Source: an uncultured Clostridia bacterium
GTDB taxonomy: Bacteria; Bacillota; Clostridia; Christensenellales; Aristaeellaceae
DNA length: 64,000 nucleotides
Assembly (NCBI GenBank): GCA_934647305.1
Contig: CAKUFI010000003.1
Coordinates: 7,915-71,914, forward strand
Reading direction: 5' to 3'
The stretch's first letter is position 1. Each line of letters starts with the position of its first letter. The notes beneath the pieces were generated by a model, which made no database searches, had not been told where the DNA came from, and saw only the letters and a list, made by a program, of their open reading frames with translations. The position numbers were made by a program, and so were the translations under genes. Of the stretch, positions 17,247 through 26,028 are shown in pieces.

Positions 17247-18134
17247 ATGCAAAGCGTTATGCTCGCGATTGACGCGGGCGGCACCAATTTCAAGTACGGC
17301 CTGATGACCCGTTCCTGCGACATGGTTTCGCCCTGTCTGCAGATCGCGGTACAGGCCGAAGGCAGCGCGCGCCAGATCGAGGATTCCTGGCGGCAGCTGA
17401 GCAAAAACGCGCTGGAAATCGCGCAGAGCCTGGGCGTGAACATCGGCAGGGTGTGCGTTTCCACGCCCGGCCCGTTCGACTTTTCCGCGGGCATGTCCAG
17501 GATGCGGCACAAGTTTCCGGCGATCTACGGCCTGCCCATCCGGCCCTGGGTGCAGGGCGAGCTGGGCGACGTGCCGGTGGATTTCCTGCACGACTCGACC
17601 GCGTTCATCCTGGGCGAGCTGCGCAAGGATCTGATCGACCCGGCCTGCGTAATGCTGGGCACCGGGTTCGGCTTCGCCTGCATGAAGGAAGGCAAGGTGC
17701 TGGTGGACGAGACCCGCACGCCCGCCGTGGTGCTGTGGAACCGTTCCTTCCGCGCGGGCACGGTTGAGGACTACATTTCCCGCCGGGCTATTCGCGCGTC
17801 CTACGCCAAGAAGGCGGGCACCGACGGCAGGGATGACGTGAAGGAAATCGCACAGAAGGCCCGCCTGGGCGACCGCGCGGCTTCTCAGGTGTTCGACGAG
17901 CTGGCCGACGATCTGGGTGAGCTGCTGAGCGGCGTACTGCCGAAAATCGGCAGCGGCGCGCTGATACTGGGCGGCCAGATCTCGCTGTCCGGCGACCTGT
18001 TCGCGCCCCGGCTGCAGGCGCAGCTGTCCTGCCCCCTAGTGCTCAGCGCTCATCCCGACGCGGCAGCGCTGATCGGCTGCGCGCGGTTCGCGGCCATGGG
18101 CGGCGCGCAGGGCGCGGAGCGTGTCGTGCGGTAA
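17247..18134 (+). CDS. Sugar kinase of the ASKHA superfamily (ROK/BadF-type, N-acetylglucosamine/glucokinase-like)
   Basis: N-terminal MLAIDAGGTNFKYGL phosphate-1 motif. GAGGAGGA SD. Confidence 0.6.
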   Translation: MQSVMLAIDAGGTNFKYGLMTRSCDMVSPCLQIAVQAEGSARQIEDSWRQLSKNALEIAQSLGVNIGRVCVSTPGPFDFSAGMSRMRHKFPAIYGLPIRPWVQGELGDVPVDFLHDSTAFILGELRKDLIDPACVMLGTGFGFACMKEGKVLVDETRTPAVVLWNRSFRAGTVEDYISRRAIRASYAKKAGTDGRDDVKEIAQKARLGDRAASQVFDELADDLGELLSGVLPKIGSGALILGGQISLSGDLFAPRLQAQLSCPLVLSAHPDAAALIGCARFAAMGGAQGAERVVR

Positions 18135-18229
18135 GATACGCCGGGGATATCCTGGCGCCGTCTCCGGCAGCCTCCCCCGAAATACACTTTTACGCCTGTC
18201 CGGCATGTCGGGCGGGCGTTCTTTTTGAC

Positions 18230-18258
18230 GATTGACATTTGCGCGCGGAAGGGGTATA
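18230..18258 (+). promoter_or_regulatory. Promoter TTGACA-17-TATAAT upstream of GNAT gene
   Basis: TTGACAtttgcgcgcggaaggggTATAAT. Confidence 0.45.
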
Positions 18259-18306
18259 ATCTGCGGACAAACGACTGACAGAGATTTTTCGGGGAGGAAC
18301 ACCGCA

Positions 18307-18828
18307 ATGGAATTTGAACGCGTGACGACGACCGATCATCCGCTCTATCAGGACGCGCTGGCGCTCTACCGGGCCAGTTTTCCGCCGCATGAACAGCGGG
18401 AGGCCGCCTCGCAGCAGGCGATCCTGAGAAACGAAGCCTATCACTTCGACCTGCTGCTTGACGCGGGAGAATGGGTGGGCGAAGCGCTGTACTGGGACGC
18501 GGGCGACTTTCTGTACCTGGAGCACTTCTGCATCCGGCCCGAGCTGCGCAACCGCCGATACGGCCAGAAGGCGCTCGAGGTGCTGTGCAGGCGGCCGCTG
18601 ATCCTGGAAATCGACCCGCCGGTCGACGAGATTTCGATTCGCCGGAAGGGATTCTACGAGCGCTGCGGACTGGTCGTAAACCCGTATCCGCACGTGCACC
18701 CGCCGTATCACGCGGGCAATCGCGGCCACGACCTGGTGCTCATGACCGCGCCCAGGCAGATCACCTCACAGGAATTCGACGAATTCACCCGGTTTCTGCG
18801 CGGCGTAGTGATGAAGGACGTTTACTAA
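18307..18828 (+). CDS. GNAT family N-acetyltransferase
   Basis: 173 aa. Motif region LYLEHFCIRPELRNRRYGQKAL (Q/RxxGxG/A-like). GGGGAGGA SD. Confidence 0.7.
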   Translation: MEFERVTTTDHPLYQDALALYRASFPPHEQREAASQQAILRNEAYHFDLLLDAGEWVGEALYWDAGDFLYLEHFCIRPELRNRRYGQKALEVLCRRPLILEIDPPVDEISIRRKGFYERCGLVVNPYPHVHPPYHAGNRGHDLVLMTAPRQITSQEFDEFTRFLRGVVMKDVY

Positions 18829-18835
18829 TAAGGAT

Positions 18836-19612
18836 GCAGCCGGCAGGCTGAGCCTGCACCCACTTGCTCCCGCCGATTCTGGCGACGAATTCGGGAACCA
18901 TAAATTGGAGTCCCCGAATTCTGCGGATTTCCAGAAAATTTCTGGAAATCATAAGTCGGCGTTGCCGACTCAGCTTGTCAAAAAAGGTTTTGACAAGCTG
19001 GTGGACGGGGAAGCAAGCTCCCCCGCCACTGCCACCCTCACCAGTCTCCGCTAAAAATCAAAGATTTTTCGGGCGCGGAGCCTGCAGGGAAACGATTTTT
19101 TCTCTGGAAAATGGGATTTTCCGGCGCAAAAATCGCCCCGTGCCCACCGTACACGCCGCTGGGCACGATTGAAAGTTCGAAAGGGCTGCGGCCCTCTCGA
19201 GCTCTCCGGGGGTTTTTTGACAGTCTGAGTCGGCGTTGCCGACAGCCACCTGCTGCCGCGCATCCTCTCGACGACCCTGAGGGCCATAAATGAAGCCCTC
19301 AGGGTCTCTGAATTCCCGAAATTCTCCGAGAATTTCCCGCGGCAGGCAGTGCCTGCACCCACTTGCTGCCGCCGGTTCTGGCGACGAAATTGGGAACCAT
19401 AGATTGGAGTTCCCAATTTCTCCGGTTTTCCGGAATTCTCCGAAAAACTCCCGTCGGCGTTGCCAGCTCGGGCAGTGCAAATATACAGCGTGGGCATGGG
19501 GCGATTTTTGTAAATCACATTTTCCAGAGAAAAAACGTTTCTTGCTTCCCCAGCTGCCAGCTTGTTAAAACTTTTTTAACAAACATACCGGCGCCCTCCG
19601 CTGTGGAGAGCG
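18836..19612. repeat. ~780-bp mosaic repeat island: two family A units (18836-18925, 19330-19420), family D palindromes GTCGGCGTTGCCGAC, and an embedded family E element
   Basis: Multiple hairpin modules shared with islands at 33286-33830, 49900-50235, 58262-58870. Track ORFs inside (19051..19518 etc.) judged artefacts. Confidence 0.8.
18954..19243. mobile_element. MITE-like family E element (~290 bp) bounded by ~20-bp terminal inverted repeats AGTCGGCGTTGCCGACTCAG / CTGAGTCGGCGTTGCCGAC; contains a 13-bp-stem palindrome CAGCTTGTCAAAA-N4-TTTTGACAAGCTG
   Basis: A ~260-bp near-identical copy lies in inverted orientation at 58310-58570. Non-coding; no transposase in window. Confidence 0.45.
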
Positions 19613-19622
19613 CCGGTTGCTT
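19588..19622 (-). terminator. Putative intrinsic terminator of the flotillin gene (CCGGCGCTCTCC-loop-GGAGGGCGCCGG then T-rich tail on minus strand)
   Basis: 12-bp stem with one mismatch immediately downstream of the stop at 19631. Confidence 0.4.
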
Positions 19623-19630
19623 AACGGTGG

Positions 19631-21031
19631 TTACTTCGCTTCGGGTTCGGGCTTCGTCTCGTCCTTCAGGGCGGCGCGCTGCTCGAGCACGCGGCGGATG
19701 TCGATGCCGGTGGACTCTCGCATGCCTTCCATGATCTGGCTGGCGCTGTTCATCACGTCGCGCACCACGCGAGTGGCGTTGCCGTCGCCATACATGACGA
19801 TCTTGTCGGTCTGGGCGAGCGGGCTGGCGGCGTTCTTGACCACCTCGGGCAGGGCCTGCAGGTACATGTCCAGGATCGAGGCCTCGCCCATCTTGCGCTG
19901 CGCCTCCGCCTTCTTTTCGATGGCCTCGGCTTCGGCCAGGCCCTTGGCGCGGATACCGGCGGCCTCCTGCTCCATGGCGTAGCGCAGAGCTTCCGCCTCG
20001 GCCTTGCGGGCCTCAGCCTGCTGGATGGCCTCGTACTTCTGCGCCTCGGCCTCCTTCTGGCGGCGGATCAGGTCGGCCTCCGCGTCCTTTTCGGCCTTGT
20101 ACTTCATTGCGTCGGCCTGCTTGCGGATGTCCGCGTCCAGCTGACGCTCCTTGAGGGCGATGTCCTTCTCGGCCAGCTCGGCTTCCTTCTCGCGGCGGGC
20201 GATGTCGGCGTTGGTTTTGGCGACCTCAATGGTCTTGCGCTGGGACTCTTGCTGGATGGAGTAGGCCGCGTCGGCCTCGGCGCGCTTGGTATCGGCCAGC
20301 ACCTTCATGTCGCCCTGCTGCACGGCAAGCTGCGCGTTCTGCTCTGCGATCTTCTTTTCGGCCTCGACCTTGATGGCGTTGGCCTCCTCCTGCGCCTTGC
20401 TGGTGGCGATGGCGATGTCGCGCTGGGCGTTGGCCTTGGCGATCTGGGCGTTCTTGCGAATCTGCTCCACGTTGTCGATACCCATGTTCTCGATGGTGCC
20501 GGCGCTGTCCTTGAAGTTCTGGATGTTGAAGTTGACCACCTCGATGCCCAGCTTCTCCATGTCGGGCACGACGTTTTCGGTGATCTTCTTGGCTACGCCC
20601 TGGCGGTCCTGCACCATTTCCTTCAGGCCGACCGAGCCGACGATCTCGCGCATGTTGCCCTCCAGCACCTGCGTCACCAGGCTGATGAGCTCAGTCTGCT
20701 TCATGCCCAGCAGCGACTCGGCAGCGCGCTTGAGCAGCTCGGGGTTGGAGGAAATCTTGATGTTGGCCACGCCGTCCACCGAGACGTTGATGAACTCGTT
20801 GGTGGGCACGGCCTCGCTGGTCTTCACGTCCACCTGCATGACCTTGAGCGACAGCTTGTCGACCCGCTCAAAGAAGGGCACCCGCCAGCCCGCGCGGCCG
20901 ATCAGTATGCGGCGCTTACCCAGGCCGGAGATGATGTAGGCGGTGTCCGGCGGGGCCTTGAGATAGCCCAGCGCCAGCAGCAGCAGAAACAGGGCGATCA
21001 GGATACCCAGGATGGTGAGGATGGTTTCCAT
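19631..21031 (-). CDS. Flotillin-like SPFH/band-7 protein (FloT/YuaG-like, ~466 aa)
   Basis: N-terminal TM (METILTILGILIALFLLLLALGYL), SPFH domain, long EA-rich coiled coil (KAEAEALRYAMEQEAAGIRAKGLAEAEAIEKKAEAQRKM). AAAGGAG SD before the ATG at 21031; own TTGCGC-17-TAGAAT promoter. Confidence 0.8.
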   Translation of the reverse strand: METILTILGILIALFLLLLALGYLKAPPDTAYIISGLGKRRILIGRAGWRVPFFERVDKLSLKVMQVDVKTSEAVPTNEFINVSVDGVANIKISSNPELLKRAAESLLGMKQTELISLVTQVLEGNMREIVGSVGLKEMVQDRQGVAKKITENVVPDMEKLGIEVVNFNIQNFKDSAGTIENMGIDNVEQIRKNAQIAKANAQRDIAIATSKAQEEANAIKVEAEKKIAEQNAQLAVQQGDMKVLADTKRAEADAAYSIQQESQRKTIEVAKTNADIARREKEAELAEKDIALKERQLDADIRKQADAMKYKAEKDAEADLIRRQKEAEAQKYEAIQQAEARKAEAEALRYAMEQEAAGIRAKGLAEAEAIEKKAEAQRKMGEASILDMYLQALPEVVKNAASPLAQTDKIVMYGDGNATRVVRDVMNSASQIMEGMRESTGIDIRRVLEQRAALKDETKPEPEAK

Positions 21032-21164
21032 GGTTCTTTCTCCTTTCGTTCGCCGTTTTTTTCTTTCGGACAATTGTATTCTACCAGAGCGCGCCCGCAC
21101 GCGCAAGAGAAGAGCGCCCGAATTCCGCAATTCAGGCGCTCAAATGTCAGTTTTTCCGCTCGAT

Positions 21165-21698
21165 TTACTCCGCGATCAGGTGTGCCCGCTCCAGCGCCAG
21201 CACCACCAGCGGCACCACGATCAGGTGGCACACGATGCCCGGCACCGCCGTGAGCAGCGCGCCGCTCAAAAAGGCGCTGAAGGTGAAGCTGGAGGCGGTC
21301 AGGCCCGCGAGAAGCAGCCTGACCAGACCCCAGACGATCCGCCCGGCGACCATCGAGATGAGCAGCGAGACGTAGAGCCTCGCGACGCGCTTCAGGGGCA
21401 GCCTGCGATAGCAGATCGCCGCGACCACGCCGTAGGTCGCCAGCTCGAACGCCATCGACACGCCGGTCGGAAACAGCGGCGGCATATGGAACAGCAGATT
21501 GCGCAGGAGCGGCGCGATGAAGCCCACCGCCAGCGCGTACGGCCAGCCGCACACGAAGCCGCACAGGAAGGCCGGGATGTGCATCGGAGAAATCATCTTT
21601 CCGATCTGCGGGATCTGGCCGGTCAGGAAGGGCAAAAGCAGCGCCAGCGCCAGGAACAGTGCGGCAAGCACCAGGTTGCGGGTACGGGTCTTTTTCAT
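21165..21698 (-). CDS. ECF transporter S component (substrate-specific membrane protein; vitamin/cofactor family unassigned)
   Basis: 177 aa, ~6 TM, fully hydrophobic. AAAGGAG SD. TTGACA-17-TATACT promoter with a ~165-nt GC-rich leader upstream. Confidence 0.5.
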   Translation of the reverse strand: MKKTRTRNLVLAALFLALALLLPFLTGQIPQIGKMISPMHIPAFLCGFVCGWPYALAVGFIAPLLRNLLFHMPPLFPTGVSMAFELATYGVVAAICYRRLPLKRVARLYVSLLISMVAGRIVWGLVRLLLAGLTASSFTFSAFLSGALLTAVPGIVCHLIVVPLVVLALERAHLIAE

Positions 21699-21919
21699 GG
21701 GACAATACTCCTTTTTTTCGGCCTTCTGGCGCTTGTTTTTTCACTTTAAGGTACAAAAAGCGCCCCCTCGCGATTCTTCGCATGGGAGAGCTTTCGTCTG
21801 AATGATTGTTTCCGCGGGACGCGGCCCGACCGGGCGAGCTTCTGCCCGCCATTTTCTTCAGTATAGCGGAAGACGGGCGTTTTGTCAAGGTTTCGACAAG
21901 CTTTTTCACAGAAGCGGCC

Positions 21920-21948
21920 TTGACGCGCAGTGCGAAATGGGGCATAAT
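21920..21948 (+). promoter_or_regulatory. Promoter TTGACG-17-CATAAT followed by conserved ATGATAGGATACGG leader motif (shared with tdk promoter)
   Basis: Compare 57657-57700: TTGACC-17-TATAAT-ATGATAGGATCGG. Confidence 0.45.
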
Positions 21949-21990
21949 ATGATAGGATACGGATAGTGATTTTTGAAACGGAGACGCGTC

Positions 21991-23286
21991 ATGCAGCACA
22001 TCATCTGTGAAGTGGAAAAGGGCAGCATTGCCGATCAGCTGGGCATACGGCCGGGCGACTACCTGCTCGCCATCAACGGGCAGAACGTCGTGGACTGGCT
22101 GGACTACCAGGCCTTCTGCTGCACGGAAAAGCTGAGCCTGATCACCCGGCGAGACGACGAGGAAATCGTCTATGAGCTGGAAAAGGACGAGTACGAACCG
22201 CTCGGCCTGAAGTTTGACAGCCAGCTGATGAGCCGCGTGCGCGACTGCGTGAACCACTGCATGTTCTGCTTCGTCGACCAGCTGCCCGACCATGTGCGCC
22301 CGACGCTGCGCGTCAAGGACGACGACTGGCGGCTGTCGATGATGATGGGCAATTACGTGACGCTGACCAACGTATCCGATAAGGAGCTGGAGCGCATCGT
22401 CGCGCGGCACGCCTCGCCGCTGTACATCTCGGTGCACGCGACCGACCCGGAGCTGCGCGCGAAGCTGCTGGGCCAGAAGCTGGGCGCAAAGCTCATGCAG
22501 CAGCTTACCCGCCTGCGCGAGGGCGGCATTCAGTTTCACGCCCAGGCGGTGCTCTGCCCGAACCTCAACGACGGCAAGGTGCTCGAGAAGACGGTCGAGG
22601 ATCTGGCGGCGCTCTGGCCCTGCTGCCGGTCGCTGGCGCTGGTGCCGGTGGGCCTGACCGGACACCGCGAGGGGCTGTGCCCGCTGCGCAAATATACCCG
22701 GGAAGAAGCCGCCGCGGTGATCGACGCGGCCGAGGTCTGGCAGGAGCGCTTTTTGCGCGAGTTTGACACGGTGTTCGTCTATCCGTCGGACGAGTTTTAC
22801 CTGCAGGCCGGGCGCGACGTACCGCCCGACTCGTTCTACGGCGACTACGACCAGATCGAAAACGGCGTGGGACTGGTTCGCCTGCTGCGCACGGAGTTCG
22901 AGGAGGCGCTTGGGTACGCCGACTTTTCCACCGCCCGCCCCGCGCACCTGGTCATTGCCACCGGCGTGTCGGCCGGGCCGATCCTCGAGGCGCTGCTCTC
23001 TCCCCTGCACATACCGGGCGTAAAGATCGACGTGATCGCCATCGAGAACCACTTCTTTGGCCCCAGCGTCACCGTGACCGGCCTTCTGACCGGCGGTGAC
23101 CTGATCCGCGCGCTCAAGGACTATCCCTGCGACAAGGTGCTCATCACCGAACGCATGCTGCGCGAAACCGAGGACGTTTTTCTGGACGACATGACGCTCG
23201 ACGAGGTGCGTGAGAAGCTGGGCAGGCCGGTCGTCAAGGTGGGCACGCACGGCGACGAGCTGCTCGAGGCGATACTGCACGCCTGA
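21991..23286 (+). CDS. DUF512-family radical SAM protein with N-terminal PDZ domain
   Basis: CVNHCMFC = CxxxCxxC radical-SAM cluster motif. PDZ-like N-terminus (GSIADQLGIRPGDYLLAINGQNV). Conserved DUF512-der-plsY neighbourhood. Confidence 0.7.
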   Translation: MQHIICEVEKGSIADQLGIRPGDYLLAINGQNVVDWLDYQAFCCTEKLSLITRRDDEEIVYELEKDEYEPLGLKFDSQLMSRVRDCVNHCMFCFVDQLPDHVRPTLRVKDDDWRLSMMMGNYVTLTNVSDKELERIVARHASPLYISVHATDPELRAKLLGQKLGAKLMQQLTRLREGGIQFHAQAVLCPNLNDGKVLEKTVEDLAALWPCCRSLALVPVGLTGHREGLCPLRKYTREEAAAVIDAAEVWQERFLREFDTVFVYPSDEFYLQAGRDVPPDSFYGDYDQIENGVGLVRLLRTEFEEALGYADFSTARPAHLVIATGVSAGPILEALLSPLHIPGVKIDVIAIENHFFGPSVTVTGLLTGGDLIRALKDYPCDKVLITERMLRETEDVFLDDMTLDEVREKLGRPVVKVGTHGDELLEAILHA

Positions 23287-23317
23287 CGCGGCGAAGCGCT
23301 TTTCTCACATCCTACGC

Positions 23318-23470
23318 TCGAGGGACGTTCCTTCGGGCGGCCGCAGCCGCCCGTAAAATGCGGTTTTCCTCTGGAAAACCGCTTCCCTGCAGGCTAGATG
23401 GCCTGTGGGTGGGGTCTGGGGAGGCGCGGCCGTTCAGGGCGCCCTCCCCAGTCAGCCGGGGCGCCGGCGA
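23318..23470. repeat. Family C structured repeat (~150 bp, three hairpins incl. GGGGAGGCGCGGCCGTTCAGGGCGCCCTCCCC), copy 1
   Basis: Copy 2 at 43340-43500 shares about 85% identity. Hairpin 1 differs by compensatory changes (GCGGTTTTCC/GGAAAACCGC vs GCGATTTCC/GGAAATCGC). Confidence 0.7.
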
Positions 23471-23510
23471 AGAGCGGCGGGCATTCCGCAAAACGCAAGG
23501 AGGACACAGC

Positions 23511-24134
23511 ATGAAGATCCTGTTTCTGGGAGACAGCATCACCGACTGGTTCCGCAATCACGACGACCCGCGCGACCCGGGCAAGGGCTATGTGCGCTAC
23601 GCCGTGCAGGCGCTTTCGGAGCGCTTTCCGGGCCTTGAGGTGGAAAACCTGGGCGTAAACGGCTACTCGACCGGCAAAGTGCTGGAGCTTGTGGAAAGCG
23701 GCGCGCTCGATCGTCCGCTCGACTACGTGTCGGTGCTGGTCGGCGTGAACGATTTCTGCGATATCAACCAGCCGGCCGATTGGCAGCCCGACCTGGCAGC
23801 TACCGGGCGCAGCTACGCGCGCATTTTCAGGGAGATTCGCGCTCGCAGCGGCGCGCGCCTGATCGTGCTTCAGCCCTATCTGTGCGGCGAGCACCACCCC
23901 TATTTCAGCCGGGCGCACCTTGAGGAGGAGCACAGGCTGCTTTCGCGGGCACTGGACGGCGACATGCTGTTTATTCCGCTGGACAGGCTGCTCAACGAGC
24001 GCTTCGGCGCGGACGCGTCCCGTTTTTCGAAGGATGGGGTGCACCCGCTGCCCAAGGGCGCGCAGTACATTGGCGAAATCTTCCGCGAACGGGTCATCCC
24101 GTGGATTGCGAAAAACGAGGAGGCGCGCGCATGA
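23511..24134 (+). CDS. SGNH/GDSL hydrolase family esterase/lipase
   Basis: N-terminal LFLGDSITD (GDS-x motif), later GVNDF and DGVHP blocks. AAGGAGGA SD. ATGA overlap with next gene. Confidence 0.75.
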   Translation: MKILFLGDSITDWFRNHDDPRDPGKGYVRYAVQALSERFPGLEVENLGVNGYSTGKVLELVESGALDRPLDYVSVLVGVNDFCDINQPADWQPDLAATGRSYARIFREIRARSGARLIVLQPYLCGEHHPYFSRAHLEEEHRLLSRALDGDMLFIPLDRLLNERFGADASRFSKDGVHPLPKGAQYIGEIFRERVIPWIAKNEEARA

Positions 24135-25996
24135 TGGAGTGGTTCCGGCTGACGGTTCGGACGAACGAGGGGCGCGAGACGCTCTCGAGCGAGGCCTTCA
24201 CCCAGGACGGCGAATGCTGGGTGCGCGGCGGATTGTGCGTCCGGCTGCTGCCAGGCGCGGAGGGCAAGCGCCTGGCCGTGCAGAATGACGGCGGGTGCGT
24301 GGTGGAGCAGGTTCGCTTCCCCATCTGTCCGCGCGAGGATTCGACCCAGTACGACCAGCTGCTCTTCGCCACCGCCTGGGGCGACAACCTGCACGAGCCG
24401 ACGCAGGCCATTCGCGCCTACTGGCAGGGACGAGACGGGCATTCGGACAGCCATCAGTACATCAAGTACGCGCCGAACGAGGTGATTTACCTCTATCCGT
24501 CGGTGATGGCGATGCAGTTCGTGACGCTGTACAACGACGACCGCAGCTTCTACCTGGCCTGCTACTCGACCGGCGAGGACAGCCTGTCCTTCCACGCGCG
24601 GGCGACGAGCTGGCCGTTCGGGCTGGAGCTGTCGGTCGGGCACTATCCCTACCTTGAAAAGGGCGAGTGGGTCTCTCCGCCCTGCGAATCGGCGATACTG
24701 GGCTCGGGCTGGCGCCCGGCGGCCGACCGTTACATGCGCCGCATGGGCCAGTACTTTGCCGACCCGGACTGGCCGGCCTGGATGAAGGATCCGGACGAGG
24801 GCTTTCACGGCTGGGTACAGGTTCCGATGAAGTATCAGGACAGGCCCGCCCTGTGCGCCTTTCGCGACCTGCCGGCGCTCTACCGCGAAAAGGCGGCGGC
24901 GTTCGGCCTGAACACGATCCACGTCTACGGCTGGTGCAACGAGGGACACGACACGCGCTACTGCGACTACGACCCCAATCCGGAGCTGGGCACGGCCGAA
25001 GAGCTTCGCACCGCCTGCGAGGAAATCCGAGCGATGGGCGGTCACGTCGTGCTGTACATGAACGGGCGCATCTTCTCGCCGGGAAGCCGCTTCGGGCGAA
25101 GGTTTGACACATCGACCGCCTGCAAGGACGAGCAGGGACGCCCCTACGACGAGATCTGGGGACCGGGCGTGCACTACCGCATCAACTGTCCCACGCAGAC
25201 CGAGTTCCACGACGAGCTGCGCGGAACCATTCGGCGCTACATTACCGAGTATGGCGCGGGCGCGGCGCAGATCGATCAGATCAGCTGCAACTACGGCGAG
25301 TTCTGCTTCGACAAAAGCCACGCCCACCGCACGCCTGCCTCGAATTTCCTGCCGGGCGTGACGCAGGAGCTGATGACGCTGCGGGAGGCGCACAAGGCGC
25401 TCGACCCGGACTTTTTCACCTGGCTTGAGGGCTGTCACGAGCGATTCGGCCAGTATACCGATGTGGAGCAGGGGCACGGCGAGACCTATTCCTGGCAGAT
25501 CGGCGAATCGCTTCCCGAGCAGTATCAGTACTGCTTTAAGGAGCGCATCGTGACCGGCCTGGGCAAGAACCTGCAGCAGCTGTGCCACTCCTTTTTGCAG
25601 GGCAAGCCGTTTGACCTGCCGCTGGGCATCCTTTCGGACGAGACGTTCGGCCGGGTGCTGCGGCGCTTCGTCGCCCTGCGCAGGCGGTATCCCGAGTTCT
25701 ACCTGACCGGGCGGTTCATGGCCGACGAGGGCGTGGAGACCGACCGCAGAACCCGCGCGGGCGTGCTGCTCACCCGGGACGGCTCGCGCATGCTGATCGC
25801 GCTGTGGCGGCGGGGCTGCGAGCAGGCGGACGAGGCGCAGGAGGCCTTTCTCCGCGTGCTTCCACCTCACTCAGACTGCCTGTGCGCGTACCCGGACGAC
25901 TGCCGGGCGCAGGCGGATGGAAGCTGGCTGACCGTGCGCTTCAGCGGGCCGGTCGCCGTGCTGATTTTTGACCTGAAACAAGGCGGAGCCGACTGA
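24131..25996 (+). CDS. Large uncharacterised putative glycoside hydrolase (DUF6259-like), paralog 2
   Basis: Start ATG overlaps lipase stop (ATGA). GAGGAGG SD. Shares blocks with 10015..12060. Confidence 0.55.
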   Translation: MMEWFRLTVRTNEGRETLSSEAFTQDGECWVRGGLCVRLLPGAEGKRLAVQNDGGCVVEQVRFPICPREDSTQYDQLLFATAWGDNLHEPTQAIRAYWQGRDGHSDSHQYIKYAPNEVIYLYPSVMAMQFVTLYNDDRSFYLACYSTGEDSLSFHARATSWPFGLELSVGHYPYLEKGEWVSPPCESAILGSGWRPAADRYMRRMGQYFADPDWPAWMKDPDEGFHGWVQVPMKYQDRPALCAFRDLPALYREKAAAFGLNTIHVYGWCNEGHDTRYCDYDPNPELGTAEELRTACEEIRAMGGHVVLYMNGRIFSPGSRFGRRFDTSTACKDEQGRPYDEIWGPGVHYRINCPTQTEFHDELRGTIRRYITEYGAGAAQIDQISCNYGEFCFDKSHAHRTPASNFLPGVTQELMTLREAHKALDPDFFTWLEGCHERFGQYTDVEQGHGETYSWQIGESLPEQYQYCFKERIVTGLGKNLQQLCHSFLQGKPFDLPLGILSDETFGRVLRRFVALRRRYPEFYLTGRFMADEGVETDRRTRAGVLLTRDGSRMLIALWRRGCEQADEAQEAFLRVLPPHSDCLCAYPDDCRAQADGSWLTVRFSGPVAVLIFDLKQGGAD

Positions 25997-26028
25997 CGGC
26001 GGCCGCAGAAAGACGAGGTAACTTTTCT

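Noticed and set aside
12905-17512. Minus-strand ORFs 12905..14293, 14312..15526, 15731..17512
   Set aside because: Antisense to isomerase-like, ADP-ribosylglycohydrolase and GH39-like genes, which have SDs and recognisable motifs.
18864-19734. Several 60-155-aa ORFs inside the repeat island (18864..19172, 19051..19518, 19290..19568, 19363..19734)
   Set aside because: All lie in hairpin-repeat DNA. The same peptide recurs from an inverted copy at 58269..58487. No SDs.
21165-21698. NfeD/YuaF-like flotillin partner
   Set aside because: The protein is hydrophobic throughout and lacks the C-terminal OB-fold beta domain of NfeD. ECF S-component architecture fits better.
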